This document shows positions 55,212-64,000 of a stretch of 64,000 nt of DNA, piece after piece. Location of the stretch: positions 736,001-800,000 of the forward strand of contig CBDCDC010000002.1 in the NCBI GenBank assembly GCA_965215195.1, in the 5' to 3' direction. Each line of letters starts with the position of its first letter. The first letter of the stretch is position 1. Both the position numbers and the translations under genes were made by a program. The notes beneath the pieces were generated by a model. That model had not been told where the DNA came from, searched no databases, and saw only the letters and a list, made by a program, of their open reading frames with translations. The DNA comes from Candidatus Latescibacterota bacterium (GTDB lineage: Bacteria > Latescibacterota > UBA2968 > UBA8231).

Positions 55212-57278
55212 TTATTCCTGCAAAACCTGCTGCACCGCCATCATCAGCGGCCCGTCCTGGGCCGAGCCGCGGCCTTCCGAGTCGCTGGCGCAGAGGTAAA
55301 TCCCGTCGCGGCAGCGCAGGCACAGGCCCCGCACCAAGCGGTAGAGGTTGCGGTTGCGGATCGAGTAATCCACGGCGTCGGTCCAGCGGTCCTCCGGGTT
55401 CCAGCGCCGGGTCAGCACGTAGTGGTTGGTCAAGGGCTGGTGCAACGGCTCCCACCAGTTGGCCGAGCCAATGTCCAGCCAGAACTGGTAGCGCGCCACG
55501 TGGCCCGAAAGCAAGTAGGTATAGACCGGCGCGACGAGGGCAATGGACTCTGGGGCCTCGTCGAGATCCACATCGGTCAGGTATTGGGCGGCCACGACCC
55601 CAGCCCCTATCATCTCGACGTAGCGCTGGCCAATGGCCGCGCCCTCTAGCGCCATAGCCGGGGCGACCTCGCGGAACGAGGCGGCCGAGGCGATCAGCTT
55701 GCTGTACACTTCGGCGTCTTCGGGCTCCAGCGCGGCATGCGACAGCACCTCCCCGAAGAGCCGGCGCAAAAAGTGATCCCACGGGTCGGCCGCGCCGCTG
55801 CGATACGCCTCAATCCAAGCGCGTAGAGCCTCGTAGCGGGCGAGCGCGGCCCGGCCTAATCGCTCGCCCATAGCAGCATTTAACGCGCTCGCAGGGTTGA
55901 GCTGGCCTGAGCGCGGGTCGTACAAGTGCCGCGCCATCAACTCGGCCCGCAGCCGATCGAGCGGCTTGAGCGCCCGCTCCAACGCCCCGGACAAATCGAA
56001 CAGCGACAGCCGCTGTCCCCAATCCGGGTGGGCGAGAATGGCCAGCGCCAGACAGGCGCGCACCACCGGCTCTTCGCGCAAGGTCTCGTAGCGCCGCACC
56101 ACCGCAAAGGGAATGTCGGCCGCGCGAAAGGTCTCAGACAAAAGGAAGCGCAACACCCCGTCGGCGTGCGGGGCCACGACCGCGATTTCGCCCGGGGCCA
56201 CGCCCTCGGCGATCTTGTGGACGATCCGCTGGGCCACGGCCTCGATCATCTGCCCGCGGTAGCGGGTCTGCACCACATCCGCCACGGCCAGCCGCGGCGA
56301 CCCGCCCGAGACTCCGCCGGTCATCTGGCCCAACTGCACGCCAATGCGGTCGGCAAAGGCCACCATGTCCCGGGAGGCACACGCCTCCGGCACCACGGTG
56401 ATCGTCTCCTTGCACTGCTGCTGTAGCTCGGTGGCACCGGGCGCATCAACGCCCAAAAAGATGCGGAAGCCGGCTTGCGCGTCCCCACCCAACAGGGCCG
56501 AGTCGCACCGCGGCAAGAGCCGCTTCACCAGATCGCCGCCCGCCGGCACCAGTTCCTCGGCCGAGTCGATCAAGAGGTGGCGATAGCGCTCGGTGAAGTA
56601 GCGCCAGAACGCCTCTTGCGCGATCAGGTGGCGGTTGCACACCTCAAAGACCAGCGACGCGTCGAGCAACCCGTGCCGCAGGCAGTGGCTGCGGTAGCGT
56701 TCAATGCACGTCTGCACCTGCTCGTACACGCGCAGGCGCTGCTCTTCCCCGGCCCAAGCGCGACTCAGGCGCGGCCCCACCTCGGCGAGCGCGAAATCCG
56801 CTACGGCCGCCTTGTTCAAATTGTCGAGCAGTTGGGAGAGGATGCGTTGGGGCCGCAGGTACAGGCCCTCGAAATAGCCCTCGGCGAGCAGCGGCTCAAC
56901 CACCTGCCCCATCAGGTATTGGGCGGCCTCGTAGTTGAGGAAAACCGGCGGCCGCGCCGGCGCAGCAAAGCCGGCCTTGCCAGCCACCAGCGGCCAAAAC
57001 AGCCGCACCAACCGAGCCGCCAGCCCGTAGTACGTCTGTAGATCTACAGAGCTGTACGGACCTAGGTCGAGCCGATCTACTGCTTGGCGAAAGCGCCGCG
57101 CGGTCGCCCGGTCGGGCAACAGCACCAAGATCGCGTACCCGGGCACCCCAGCTGAGAGCAAAACCCGCAGCCGCTCAATTAGGGCCTGCCGCTGCCCGGC
57201 TACGAGCGGCCCGGCGAGAAAGCACGAGTGCCGCCCGAATGAGGGGGCGTGTACCGCCCTAGCGAATGCTGGAACCAT
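55212..57278 (-). CDS. Degenerate (probably inactive) UvrD-like helicase subunit
   Basis: Walker A eroded (AGPLVAGQR), YRHLLIDSAEE at Walker B, GEIAVVAP, degenerate motif VI (LVRGLCLRCR). Confidence 0.78.
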   Translation of the reverse strand: MVPAFARAVHAPSFGRHSCFLAGPLVAGQRQALIERLRVLLSAGVPGYAILVLLPDRATARRFRQAVDRLDLGPYSSVDLQTYYGLAARLVRLFWPLVAGKAGFAAPARPPVFLNYEAAQYLMGQVVEPLLAEGYFEGLYLRPQRILSQLLDNLNKAAVADFALAEVGPRLSRAWAGEEQRLRVYEQVQTCIERYRSHCLRHGLLDASLVFEVCNRHLIAQEAFWRYFTERYRHLLIDSAEELVPAGGDLVKRLLPRCDSALLGGDAQAGFRIFLGVDAPGATELQQQCKETITVVPEACASRDMVAFADRIGVQLGQMTGGVSGGSPRLAVADVVQTRYRGQMIEAVAQRIVHKIAEGVAPGEIAVVAPHADGVLRFLLSETFRAADIPFAVVRRYETLREEPVVRACLALAILAHPDWGQRLSLFDLSGALERALKPLDRLRAELMARHLYDPRSGQLNPASALNAAMGERLGRAALARYEALRAWIEAYRSGAADPWDHFLRRLFGEVLSHAALEPEDAEVYSKLIASAASFREVAPAMALEGAAIGQRYVEMIGAGVVAAQYLTDVDLDEAPESIALVAPVYTYLLSGHVARYQFWLDIGSANWWEPLHQPLTNHYVLTRRWNPEDRWTDAVDYSIRNRNLYRLVRGLCLRCRDGIYLCASDSEGRGSAQDGPLMMAVQQVLQE

Positions 57279-57293
57279 GGTTTTGCGCTGCGC

Positions 57294-57758
57294 TCAGCCC
57301 GGGGGTGGGTTGCGCGTAAAAATATCGACGACCTCAGTCGCATCTCCCGCTTGCAACAAGCGCTGGCGCACTGCCTCTTGCTGCAAGCGCTGCGACAGGG
57401 CCGCCAGCAGCGCCATGTGCTGTTTTTGGTGTTTGCGCGGCGTGACCAGCAGCGCGACGATGTGGACGGGCTGGCCATCGGGCGCGCCAAAGTCAATGCC
57501 GGCCTGCGAGATGCCGATGGCCAAGAGCTGGCGCTGGATCCCATCCTCGTGCGCGTGGGGCACGGCCACGCCCTTGCCAATGCCCGTGGAGGCCTGTTTT
57601 TCGCGCTGAATCAAGGCCGCCAGCAGGTGCTTCTGGTCGAGCACGACCTCGTCTTGCCACAGCGCGGCGACCAATTCGCGGATGGCGTCGAAGTTGCGCT
57701 GCGCCGCTAAGTTTAGGACGACCTTATGCGGATTGAGTATGCGTCTTAACTTTTCCAT
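57294..57758 (-). CDS. PTS IIA component (PtsN/fructose-type)
   Basis: REKQASTGIGKGVAVPHA (phospho-His), GIDFGAPDGQPVHI. Confidence 0.92.
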   Translation of the reverse strand: MEKLRRILNPHKVVLNLAAQRNFDAIRELVAALWQDEVVLDQKHLLAALIQREKQASTGIGKGVAVPHAHEDGIQRQLLAIGISQAGIDFGAPDGQPVHIVALLVTPRKHQKQHMALLAALSQRLQQEAVRQRLLQAGDATEVVDIFTRNPPPG

Positions 57759-58708
57759 GGCAGCAACCGCAGTTTGTGGTAGAACAATTCCTCGGTGAAC
57801 CGGCCCCACCCTTCCTCGGTATGCAAGACTTCAAACAGATCGAAATCCACTATCCTCATGTCGTTCAATTCTGCCCGCATGGCATCCGTGACCACACCTA
57901 GTATCGCAATGTTCTCCGTCCGGGCAGGGGTTTGATCAAAGCTCTTCTTAATGGCCCCCAACCGTTCCAAGGCACCAGCCGGGTCGATTCCGCCCTTTAT
58001 CTCAATGGTCACTACTGGGGTCCAAGCCCGCGTCTGCTCGTCGTATTTTTCAAACACAATATCAGGCTCAGACCCGTAGGCCATGCGGACGGTTTTTTCC
58101 GCGCCCAACACGAACCATTGGCCTTGTTGTTCACGGGAAATTTCCACGTCCGCAATCCATTGAGACAACTTGTCGCGAATCGCCTGCTCTGCTTCTCGAC
58201 CGATGATGTTGCGCACCTTCCCGTCCAAACGAATGCCAATGGTCGCCAAGATGTTGCGGTAGCCGTTTTCCAGCGTCCACGCATCTGTTCCTTCGATAAT
58301 GGAAGAAATTACCGCATTGTAGAGCCGTGCGACCTTGAGGATCGCATTTGGTTGCGGAGCTCGCCGTTTCTTTGCTGTCGGGTTTTCCCACGTATCCACA
58401 TCTGTCGCAATGTCCCTGACCCGTTTCAAGGATAACGTGGCAATCCCCCGATAATAGAGCGAGGCTTGGGGATGTTGCCGCAGTAATTCAGGATGGGCAA
58501 ATACCATTTTAGGTTCGACTGTTAACCGCTGGACGCAGGCCCACGCTTTATCCGAGATTGCGAGTTCTTGCAGTCCATATCCCCGGTAATCCAGTTCGCC
58601 AGTAAACTCCTCGACCAACGCACGGACGCGCACGTCGTCGCGGCGTTTGATGGCTTTCGTCAAGAGCAAAGCCCGGGCTTGGGCACCGCTAAGTTGTGCG
58701 TCAACCAT
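57746..58708 (-). CDS. Type II restriction endonuclease, XcyI-like family
   Basis: VFAHPELL..YYRGIA, RNIIG, SEPDI..IEIKGG (PD-ExK), ERLGAIKKS; overlaps the methyltransferase gene. Confidence 0.8.
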   Translation of the reverse strand: MVDAQLSGAQARALLLTKAIKRRDDVRVRALVEEFTGELDYRGYGLQELAISDKAWACVQRLTVEPKMVFAHPELLRQHPQASLYYRGIATLSLKRVRDIATDVDTWENPTAKKRRAPQPNAILKVARLYNAVISSIIEGTDAWTLENGYRNILATIGIRLDGKVRNIIGREAEQAIRDKLSQWIADVEISREQQGQWFVLGAEKTVRMAYGSEPDIVFEKYDEQTRAWTPVVTIEIKGGIDPAGALERLGAIKKSFDQTPARTENIAILGVVTDAMRAELNDMRIVDFDLFEVLHTEEGWGRFTEELFYHKLRLLPWKS

Positions 58709-60095
58709 CGACCTTGATCCATTGATACACGCACTTCCGAATCTCGCGCCGACCGAATTTGCCCATCTGCTGGCTGGAATTTCCCTTGCCTCGCTGCAAC
58801 ATCCATATTGCGGCGCAGCGGAACCCGGTCTGTTCGGCGAAGTCGGACAAGATCAGATCCACGGGCACTTCTTCCCCGTGATAGCGCACATTGTCGTTGA
58901 CCATAAACACGCTGCCCCCTGACCGCACGACGCGCCCAAGCTCCTGCACGACGACAGCCATTTCAGTGAAATAATTTTCCAACAGAGAAATCACATTCCG
59001 ATTGCTTAGTTCGGCCGCGCAATCCCGCAATACGGAGAGGACCTCTTGCAATGCGGCCTGTTCGTCAACCATCCGCAAGGTGTTGCGATAAGCGGTGCCG
59101 AAGGTGGCGCGTTTAGAGCGGTTCTCTACGGTTGCCGACAACAGCGCTTGTCGCAACGCCTTGAGCTGGGCGTCGTCGTAGTTGAGATAGACGAGTTCGA
59201 GCGCATACGTCCGCGTGTAATCGTAGCGATTCGCATACGGAGGCGAGGTGACGACGCAATCAAAAGCTCCCTCGCGCAGCTTCTTTAATTCCGTCAAGCT
59301 GGAGCTGGTGATGAACGTCGGGGCCGGGCCTGCATACCGCTCTTTCAGCGGGGCAAAATCCTGCGCCATCTGCTGCAACCGGGCTGCGAGAGCCGTTGCA
59401 AAAGACGGCAGTGGTCCCTTGTCCAGCTTGGTAGAAACGGTTCGCCCCGAGCGCGGGTCCCAGCGCAAAAACTGGCCGTCCTTGCGGGTGTAGCTAACCT
59501 CTTCTAGCACACTCAAACAGGCGACGTTCAGCATCGCCGCAAGAGCCGGTTCAGTCATCTGGGCAATGAATTTCCGCGCCTTTGCAATCTCGCGTCCCGT
59601 GCCCGCGGGAAAAGCTCCTTTTGTAATGGCAGCGTGTTTGAGCGCGTACTCGTCGGCGCGGTCCCGCTCGGCAATAGCGTCCAGCAAGGCTTGCGCGGCG
59701 GCGCGGAACGCGCGCACCGGCAACCCGTTTGCAGCGTCCGCTACGGCTTGCGCGGCCATGTTTCCGAGAGGCAAAATCTCTATGCCCGTTCCCGGCACCC
59801 CCATGCCCATCGCCGTCAGCACCGTCGTTCCAGCTCCTGAAAACGGGTCCAACACCTGCGTCCCTTTCCCGGCCTCAATGAGCTGCCGGACGAGCGCAGT
59901 GGAGAACCCCTCTTTGTATTTCATCCAGCGAAAGCCGACAGCCCCCTTATTGCCCTGATAGGACACCAACTGGCGGGTCAGGTACGGGTTCACCTGTATC
60001 CGGCTTGCAAATCGCTGATGCAGGTCCGCACGATCTGGGCCGCTGTGGGGCATACGCGGAGCGGACGTCACTTCATCATGGAATAAGGTCTGCAT
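58701..60095 (-). CDS. Amino-DNA methyltransferase (probably N4-cytosine)
   Basis: RWMKYKEGFS, LDPFSGAGTT (SAM-binding), VTSPPYANRYDY (catalytic), KGNSSQQMG. Confidence 0.9.
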   Translation of the reverse strand: MQTLFHDEVTSAPRMPHSGPDRADLHQRFASRIQVNPYLTRQLVSYQGNKGAVGFRWMKYKEGFSTALVRQLIEAGKGTQVLDPFSGAGTTVLTAMGMGVPGTGIEILPLGNMAAQAVADAANGLPVRAFRAAAQALLDAIAERDRADEYALKHAAITKGAFPAGTGREIAKARKFIAQMTEPALAAMLNVACLSVLEEVSYTRKDGQFLRWDPRSGRTVSTKLDKGPLPSFATALAARLQQMAQDFAPLKERYAGPAPTFITSSSLTELKKLREGAFDCVVTSPPYANRYDYTRTYALELVYLNYDDAQLKALRQALLSATVENRSKRATFGTAYRNTLRMVDEQAALQEVLSVLRDCAAELSNRNVISLLENYFTEMAVVVQELGRVVRSGGSVFMVNDNVRYHGEEVPVDLILSDFAEQTGFRCAAIWMLQRGKGNSSQQMGKFGRREIRKCVYQWIKVDG

Positions 60096-60214
60096 ACCCA
60101 ATCGCCGCGTTAGGTCCCTCGTTATTCAATAATGCAAACACACTATTGATCTGGGGAAAAAACCCTGCACTCCTGCTCCAATTAGCCAGAACAAGGACGG
60201 ACCATGCACCCAAG

Positions 60215-62059
60215 TCAAGGCGTTTTCCCTAGCTGATTGGCCTTTTCGAGCAGTTGTCGCGCCTCCGTATAGCGGCCCTGTTCGCGCTCGATATGCGCCA
60301 TCAAGCGATAGGGCGTAGGCCGCCACGGGTCAATGGCGGCCGCGGCCGCGGCATGCTCCATAGCGCGATCCACCTCGCCGAGTTCAAACAACTTAAGCGC
60401 CGCGTTAAAGCGCACCGTGCGCGAGTCGCAAGCAAGGGCCGCGGCATGCTCGTACGCAGCCGCGGCCGCGGCCCGATCCCCGGCCCACAGGCGCTCCTCG
60501 CCGGCCATAAAATAGTAATTGCTCTGGATCTTCCGCACCCACGGATCGCGAAAAAAGCCCGCGGCCAACGCGTTGCCCATCTCGATCTGCCGGGCGGCCC
60601 CGGCGCTATCGTCGGGTGCTTGCAGGCGATAGACCAAGCCGGCCGGCACAAACACCCATCCCGCAATCGGCGCACGGCGCGGGACCAAATAAAAAAGGGG
60701 CCGACCCCCCCGGGCCAAGGCGGCCTCGCGTCGCCAGCGCACGCGCTCCTGCCGCACCGGCGGCAGCGCGTGCTCGCCCCAGTCGAGCACATCCGTCCCC
60801 CGTCCCAAGCGGTTGTACAGGGTCACATCCGGGCGCAAGCCCTCTATCCGCAACAGGTAGTCGAGCACAAAGGCCGCATCGTCCCCCTCGGTAATCAAGA
60901 TCGCGTCCTCGGGCAAGTCGGCGAGAATGTCGCGGCCATAGCGGTCAGCGACCCAATTTTCGCTGCGGTCGGAGTCCGCGTAGTGCGCGGTCAGCACCAA
61001 GGCGACCACGAGCGCGGCGAGCGGAATCGAGACGGCCGGCCGCACCCGGCCAGCCAGCGCGTCCAACCCCATGCCCAACCACACTGCCAACCCCACTACG
61101 CTGAGCAGGTAAAACACCGGCAGGCCATTGGGATCGCGGTGGTAGTTGAGCGCGGCGATTAGGTTGCAGGCGATTGCCCCTCCAACCAAGACAAACGCAC
61201 TGCGATCGCCGCGCCAAGCCACCCACCCCCCCCAAGCGATCAACGGCACTACTGTGAAGTGGAACTCGCCGGCCGCCTGCGCCAGCCAGCGCTGGGCGTT
61301 GAGCAGCATGCCCTCTAAGGGCAACGAAAAAAACGACGAGCGATACAGCGCGCCGCTCAAGTGCTGCCACAGGGCCGCGCCATCGTCGAGCGGCCCCCAG
61401 TGAAACCCCGCGCCCCGGCCATTGCGCAGCGGCAGGTACGCCACCAAGCTGTACCCTGCCAGCGCAGCGAGCATTCCCTGCGCCAGCAACAGGGGCCGCC
61501 GCCACAGCGCGGGCCAGCGCCAAGCCAAGACCGCGACCACGCCCGGCCACACGAGCACCTGCATCAAGTGAGCCGTGAGACCCAAGCCCATGAGCCAGCC
61601 CAAGAGGAGTATCTGGCGCGGCTCCTTGCGCTCACACGCTCTAAGGGCTTGGGCCAGCACCAAGACCACCAGCAGCAAGGCCAAGCCATAGACTTCGGCG
61701 ATGACGGCCTGAGACCAAAAGGTGCGCGAAAACGCCAACGCCAAGGCCGCGGCCAAAGCCACCACGGGCCGCACCCCGCGCCCGCAGAGCACGGCCGCCA
61801 AGGCCCCGCAACAGGCCGCGGCAAACAGGGCCGATGCGGCATTGACCGCCAGGGCCGGGCGGACCCACGGCAGGGCCAGCGCGAGCAAGCGGCTGCTGAG
61901 GCAGAACAGGGGATACCCGGTCGGATGCGCCGTTCCCAACCCGTACGCCGCGCCGATCAGCTCGCCGCTCCCTTCTACGTACACGGTCGGGCACAGGGTC
62001 GTCCCATAGACCGCGAGCGCAGCGACCCCTCCGGCCAACCCAACGATCCCGGCCGTCAC
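60215..62059 (-). CDS. DUF2723 (TMEM260-like GT-C) membrane protein with C-terminal TPRs
   Basis: GTGA overlap start; GSGELI..LGTAHPTGYPL, FWSQAVIAEVY, YLPLR, ILITEGDD..EGLRPDV. Confidence 0.85.
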   Translation of the reverse strand: MTAGIVGLAGGVAALAVYGTTLCPTVYVEGSGELIGAAYGLGTAHPTGYPLFCLSSRLLALALPWVRPALAVNAASALFAAACCGALAAVLCGRGVRPVVALAAALALAFSRTFWSQAVIAEVYGLALLLVVLVLAQALRACERKEPRQILLLGWLMGLGLTAHLMQVLVWPGVVAVLAWRWPALWRRPLLLAQGMLAALAGYSLVAYLPLRNGRGAGFHWGPLDDGAALWQHLSGALYRSSFFSLPLEGMLLNAQRWLAQAAGEFHFTVVPLIAWGGWVAWRGDRSAFVLVGGAIACNLIAALNYHRDPNGLPVFYLLSVVGLAVWLGMGLDALAGRVRPAVSIPLAALVVALVLTAHYADSDRSENWVADRYGRDILADLPEDAILITEGDDAAFVLDYLLRIEGLRPDVTLYNRLGRGTDVLDWGEHALPPVRQERVRWRREAALARGGRPLFYLVPRRAPIAGWVFVPAGLVYRLQAPDDSAGAARQIEMGNALAAGFFRDPWVRKIQSNYYFMAGEERLWAGDRAAAAAAYEHAAALACDSRTVRFNAALKLFELGEVDRAMEHAAAAAAIDPWRPTPYRLMAHIEREQGRYTEARQLLEKANQLGKTP

Positions 62060-64000
62060 GACCCCACCCCTAGCCGCAGGCGTTCGAGCCACCCGCTCCA
62101 CAAAGGCCCTTGCGTGGCTATGGCGTGAATTACGACGATCAAGACGCCCAGCGCGGCCCGGACCTTCCACTGCGCCCCCGCGTCCGCCGGCATATTCTTC
62201 ACCAGCGGCAAGATCAGCCGCCGGCCGCCCCAAGCCAGCCCCAGCCAAAGCGCAGCCGCGGCCACGCTGACCAGCAAGCCATAGCGGAAACTATTCGGCT
62301 CGTACGAAAAGACGACCTCGCGCGCCCCGGCCGGGACCACTACGGCGCGGAACACGTGATTGGCGCGGAGGATCGGCCGCTCAACCCCATCGACAAAGGC
62401 CCGCCAGCCCGGGTAGTAGGTATCGCTCAAGACCAAAATTCCCCCAGCCGAGTCGGCGAGAGCCACGGCGACTTCTTCGTCCTCGTAGCGGACGATCCGC
62501 GCCGCGCCGCCCGGTCCAATCGCGGCGGCCGGGGCTTCCTCCAATACTACTTCGCGCCGCATGGGAAACCCGCGAGCCATATAACTCAGCCCGGCCCGCG
62601 GACTAGTGGCGAGGTGGAATTGGCCCACTGCGTACGCCCGGGGCAAGGCCGCGGGCAGACGTTGCACGTCCATGTCCCCGCGGCCGTAGCGCACCGCGTA
62701 TTCCACCCCGGCCAAGGCGGCAAACGCCGGATAGCCGCGGGCGAATTCCCCGTGGCGATACAGGTGCAGCGGACTCCATCCCGGCAGGGCGTTGGCCACT
62801 CCGTACAGCCCCCCCGAATACATCCGCAAGGTTTCGTTATAACGCCGATAAGACGCCAAGTCGTAGGCCCAGCCGCCGTGCCAATCAAAGGGCGAGTTCC
62901 GCTCGGTGACCAAGCTGACGATCCGCGGCGGCGCAGCAGCCGTGTGGTCGGCCAAAATCGCGCCCGCCGTGGCCGGGGTCTCGGTGTACGCGGCTGGCTC
63001 TATGGTGCCATTAAAATCCGCGCCAAAGCTGTACAGCTCGGCAAAAATGGCCACGGGCGCGGCCCACGCTGCGGCCCGCCGCGCCCGCCGCCCGAGCAGG
63101 TACGCGCCGATTATCAACGCCCCTATCAGCCGCAGGCCGTCGCCGCGCAAGTGGTGGATGTAGCGCGTTGGTTCTGAACCGTCCCCCAAGAGCGCGACCC
63201 CGCTGGCCCACAGCAGGCCCACACTGGCCGCGCCGAGGACTATGGCCAACAGCCAGCCATTTGCCGGCCGGTGCCGCTGGCGGCGCAACACTTGGTCGAG
63301 CCCGAGGCCGCAGAGCACGGACGCCCCCAAGGCAAACCACAACAAAAAGCGCGTTGGGATGCGGAACAGGCTAAACCCCGGAATTTCGTAAAAAAGGGAA
63401 AAGATGGCCGTGTATTTGCCCAGCGCGAGCACCAACCCGGCGAGCCCGAGCACCGCGAAAAAACCGACTTGGCCGTCCGGCCGCTCGCGCAGGGCCGCCC
63501 AAGCCAAAAACAGGGGCACCACGCCGACGTACGCGCAGAGCTGGATGAAGAAGCCCACCTCCCGGCTCCCGTACGTGCCGTGCGCCGAATTGCCGAAGAA
63601 GTTGGGCCACAACAAGGTAGCCAGCCGCTCGGGCGGCAGCGACATCGCGACAAAGCTGGCCCACGACAAGCCGGCCCCGCGATTGGATAGCTGCACTAAT
63701 TCGGCAGTAGGCCCTAGCTGGACCGCGGCGAGAGCCGCGCCCAGCACGAGTGCGCCGGCCAGCGCCAGCCAAGCCGCCCACCCCGCGCCCTGCACCCAGC
63801 TCCGATAGAGCCAGTAACCCGCAACGGCGACAGCTCCGTAGAGGGCAGCTTGGGGATGGCCGGCCAGCAGTTGCAGGCAAATCACCAGCGCAAAGAGCAG
63901 CACGTAAAAAAAGTGCCCTCGGTTCAGGATGCGATCGACGAGCCAAAACAGCAGTGGCAACCAAGCGCATACGTCGATGAAGTTGGGCGACATGGCCCGC
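62056..64000 (-). CDS. YfhO-family membrane protein (5' end outside window)
   Basis: LAGHPQ, AAVQLGP, YVGVVPL, FRIPTRF, LPRAY, LVLSDTYYPGWRAFVDG..RANHVFRAV. Confidence 0.88.
   Translation of the reverse strand, partial: RAMSPNFIDVCAWLPLLFWLVDRILNRGHFFYVLLFALVICLQLLAGHPQAALYGAVAVAGYWLYRSWVQGAGWAAWLALAGALVLGAALAAVQLGPTAELVQLSNRGAGLSWASFVAMSLPPERLATLLWPNFFGNSAHGTYGSREVGFFIQLCAYVGVVPLFLAWAALRERPDGQVGFFAVLGLAGLVLALGKYTAIFSLFYEIPGFSLFRIPTRFLLWFALGASVLCGLGLDQVLRRQRHRPANGWLLAIVLGAASVGLLWASGVALLGDGSEPTRYIHHLRGDGLRLIGALIIGAYLLGRRARRAAAWAAPVAIFAELYSFGADFNGTIEPAAYTETPATAGAILADHTAAAPPRIVSLVTERNSPFDWHGGWAYDLASYRRYNETLRMYSGGLYGVANALPGWSPLHLYRHGEFARGYPAFAALAGVEYAVRYGRGDMDVQRLPAALPRAYAVGQFHLATSPRAGLSYMARGFPMRREVVLEEAPAAAIGPGGAARIVRYEDEEVAVALADSAGGILVLSDTYYPGWRAFVDGVERPILRANHVFRAVVVPAGAREVVFSYEPNSFRYGLLVSVAAAALWLGLAWGGRRLILPLVKNMPADAGAQWKVRAALGVLIVVIHAIATQGPLWSGWLERLRLGVGS

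Noticed and set aside
42964-63177. Long alternative-frame or antisense ORFs (e.g. 42964-43878, 46963-48411, 51405-52712, 62110-63177)
   Set aside because: Expected in high-GC DNA opposite well-supported genes; no motifs

Overview
GC-rich bacterial window. The gene content suggests a Latescibacterota/FCB-like, probably host-associated (e.g. sponge) organism; this is inferred from FlgD-Ig/T9SS-like C-terminal tags, CRTAC1/FG-GAP, LRR, TolB-repeat and TPR proteins. Left to right: (i) a decayed accessory patch (1-3.3 kb) with a Bdr-like coiled-coil repeat gene inside nested inverted repeats and IS ends, plus an LRR lipoprotein; (ii) housekeeping genes mltG, pcrA/uvrD, mtaB and miaB; (iii) two tandem-duplicated secreted GSDH-type beta-propeller proteins and a CRTAC1 protein; (iv) a ~26 kb minus-strand envelope cluster of 13 ORFs (CBM9-like protein, lipoprotein, four paralogous discoidin/FlgD-Ig proteins with a C-terminal 'VAY/IAY' tag, a putative outer-membrane protein, TPR lipoproteins, two CRTAC1 proteins, a double-parvulin PPIase, a TolB-repeat protein), whose promoter is bracketed by a perfect 18-bp inverted repeat; (v) a divergent sugar ABC transporter; (vi) a split helicase/inactive-helicase/Fe-S nuclease trio invaded by fitAB, a DUF2442 gene and a low-GC island with an IS982-type element; (vii) a PTS IIA gene, an XcyI-like type II R-M system and two GT-C-like membrane proteins. 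Best candidates for novelty: the envelope cluster with its bracketed promoter, and a 37-aa module grafted from that cluster's protein family into an unrelated dehydrogenase. No rRNA, tRNA or CRISPR array was seen.
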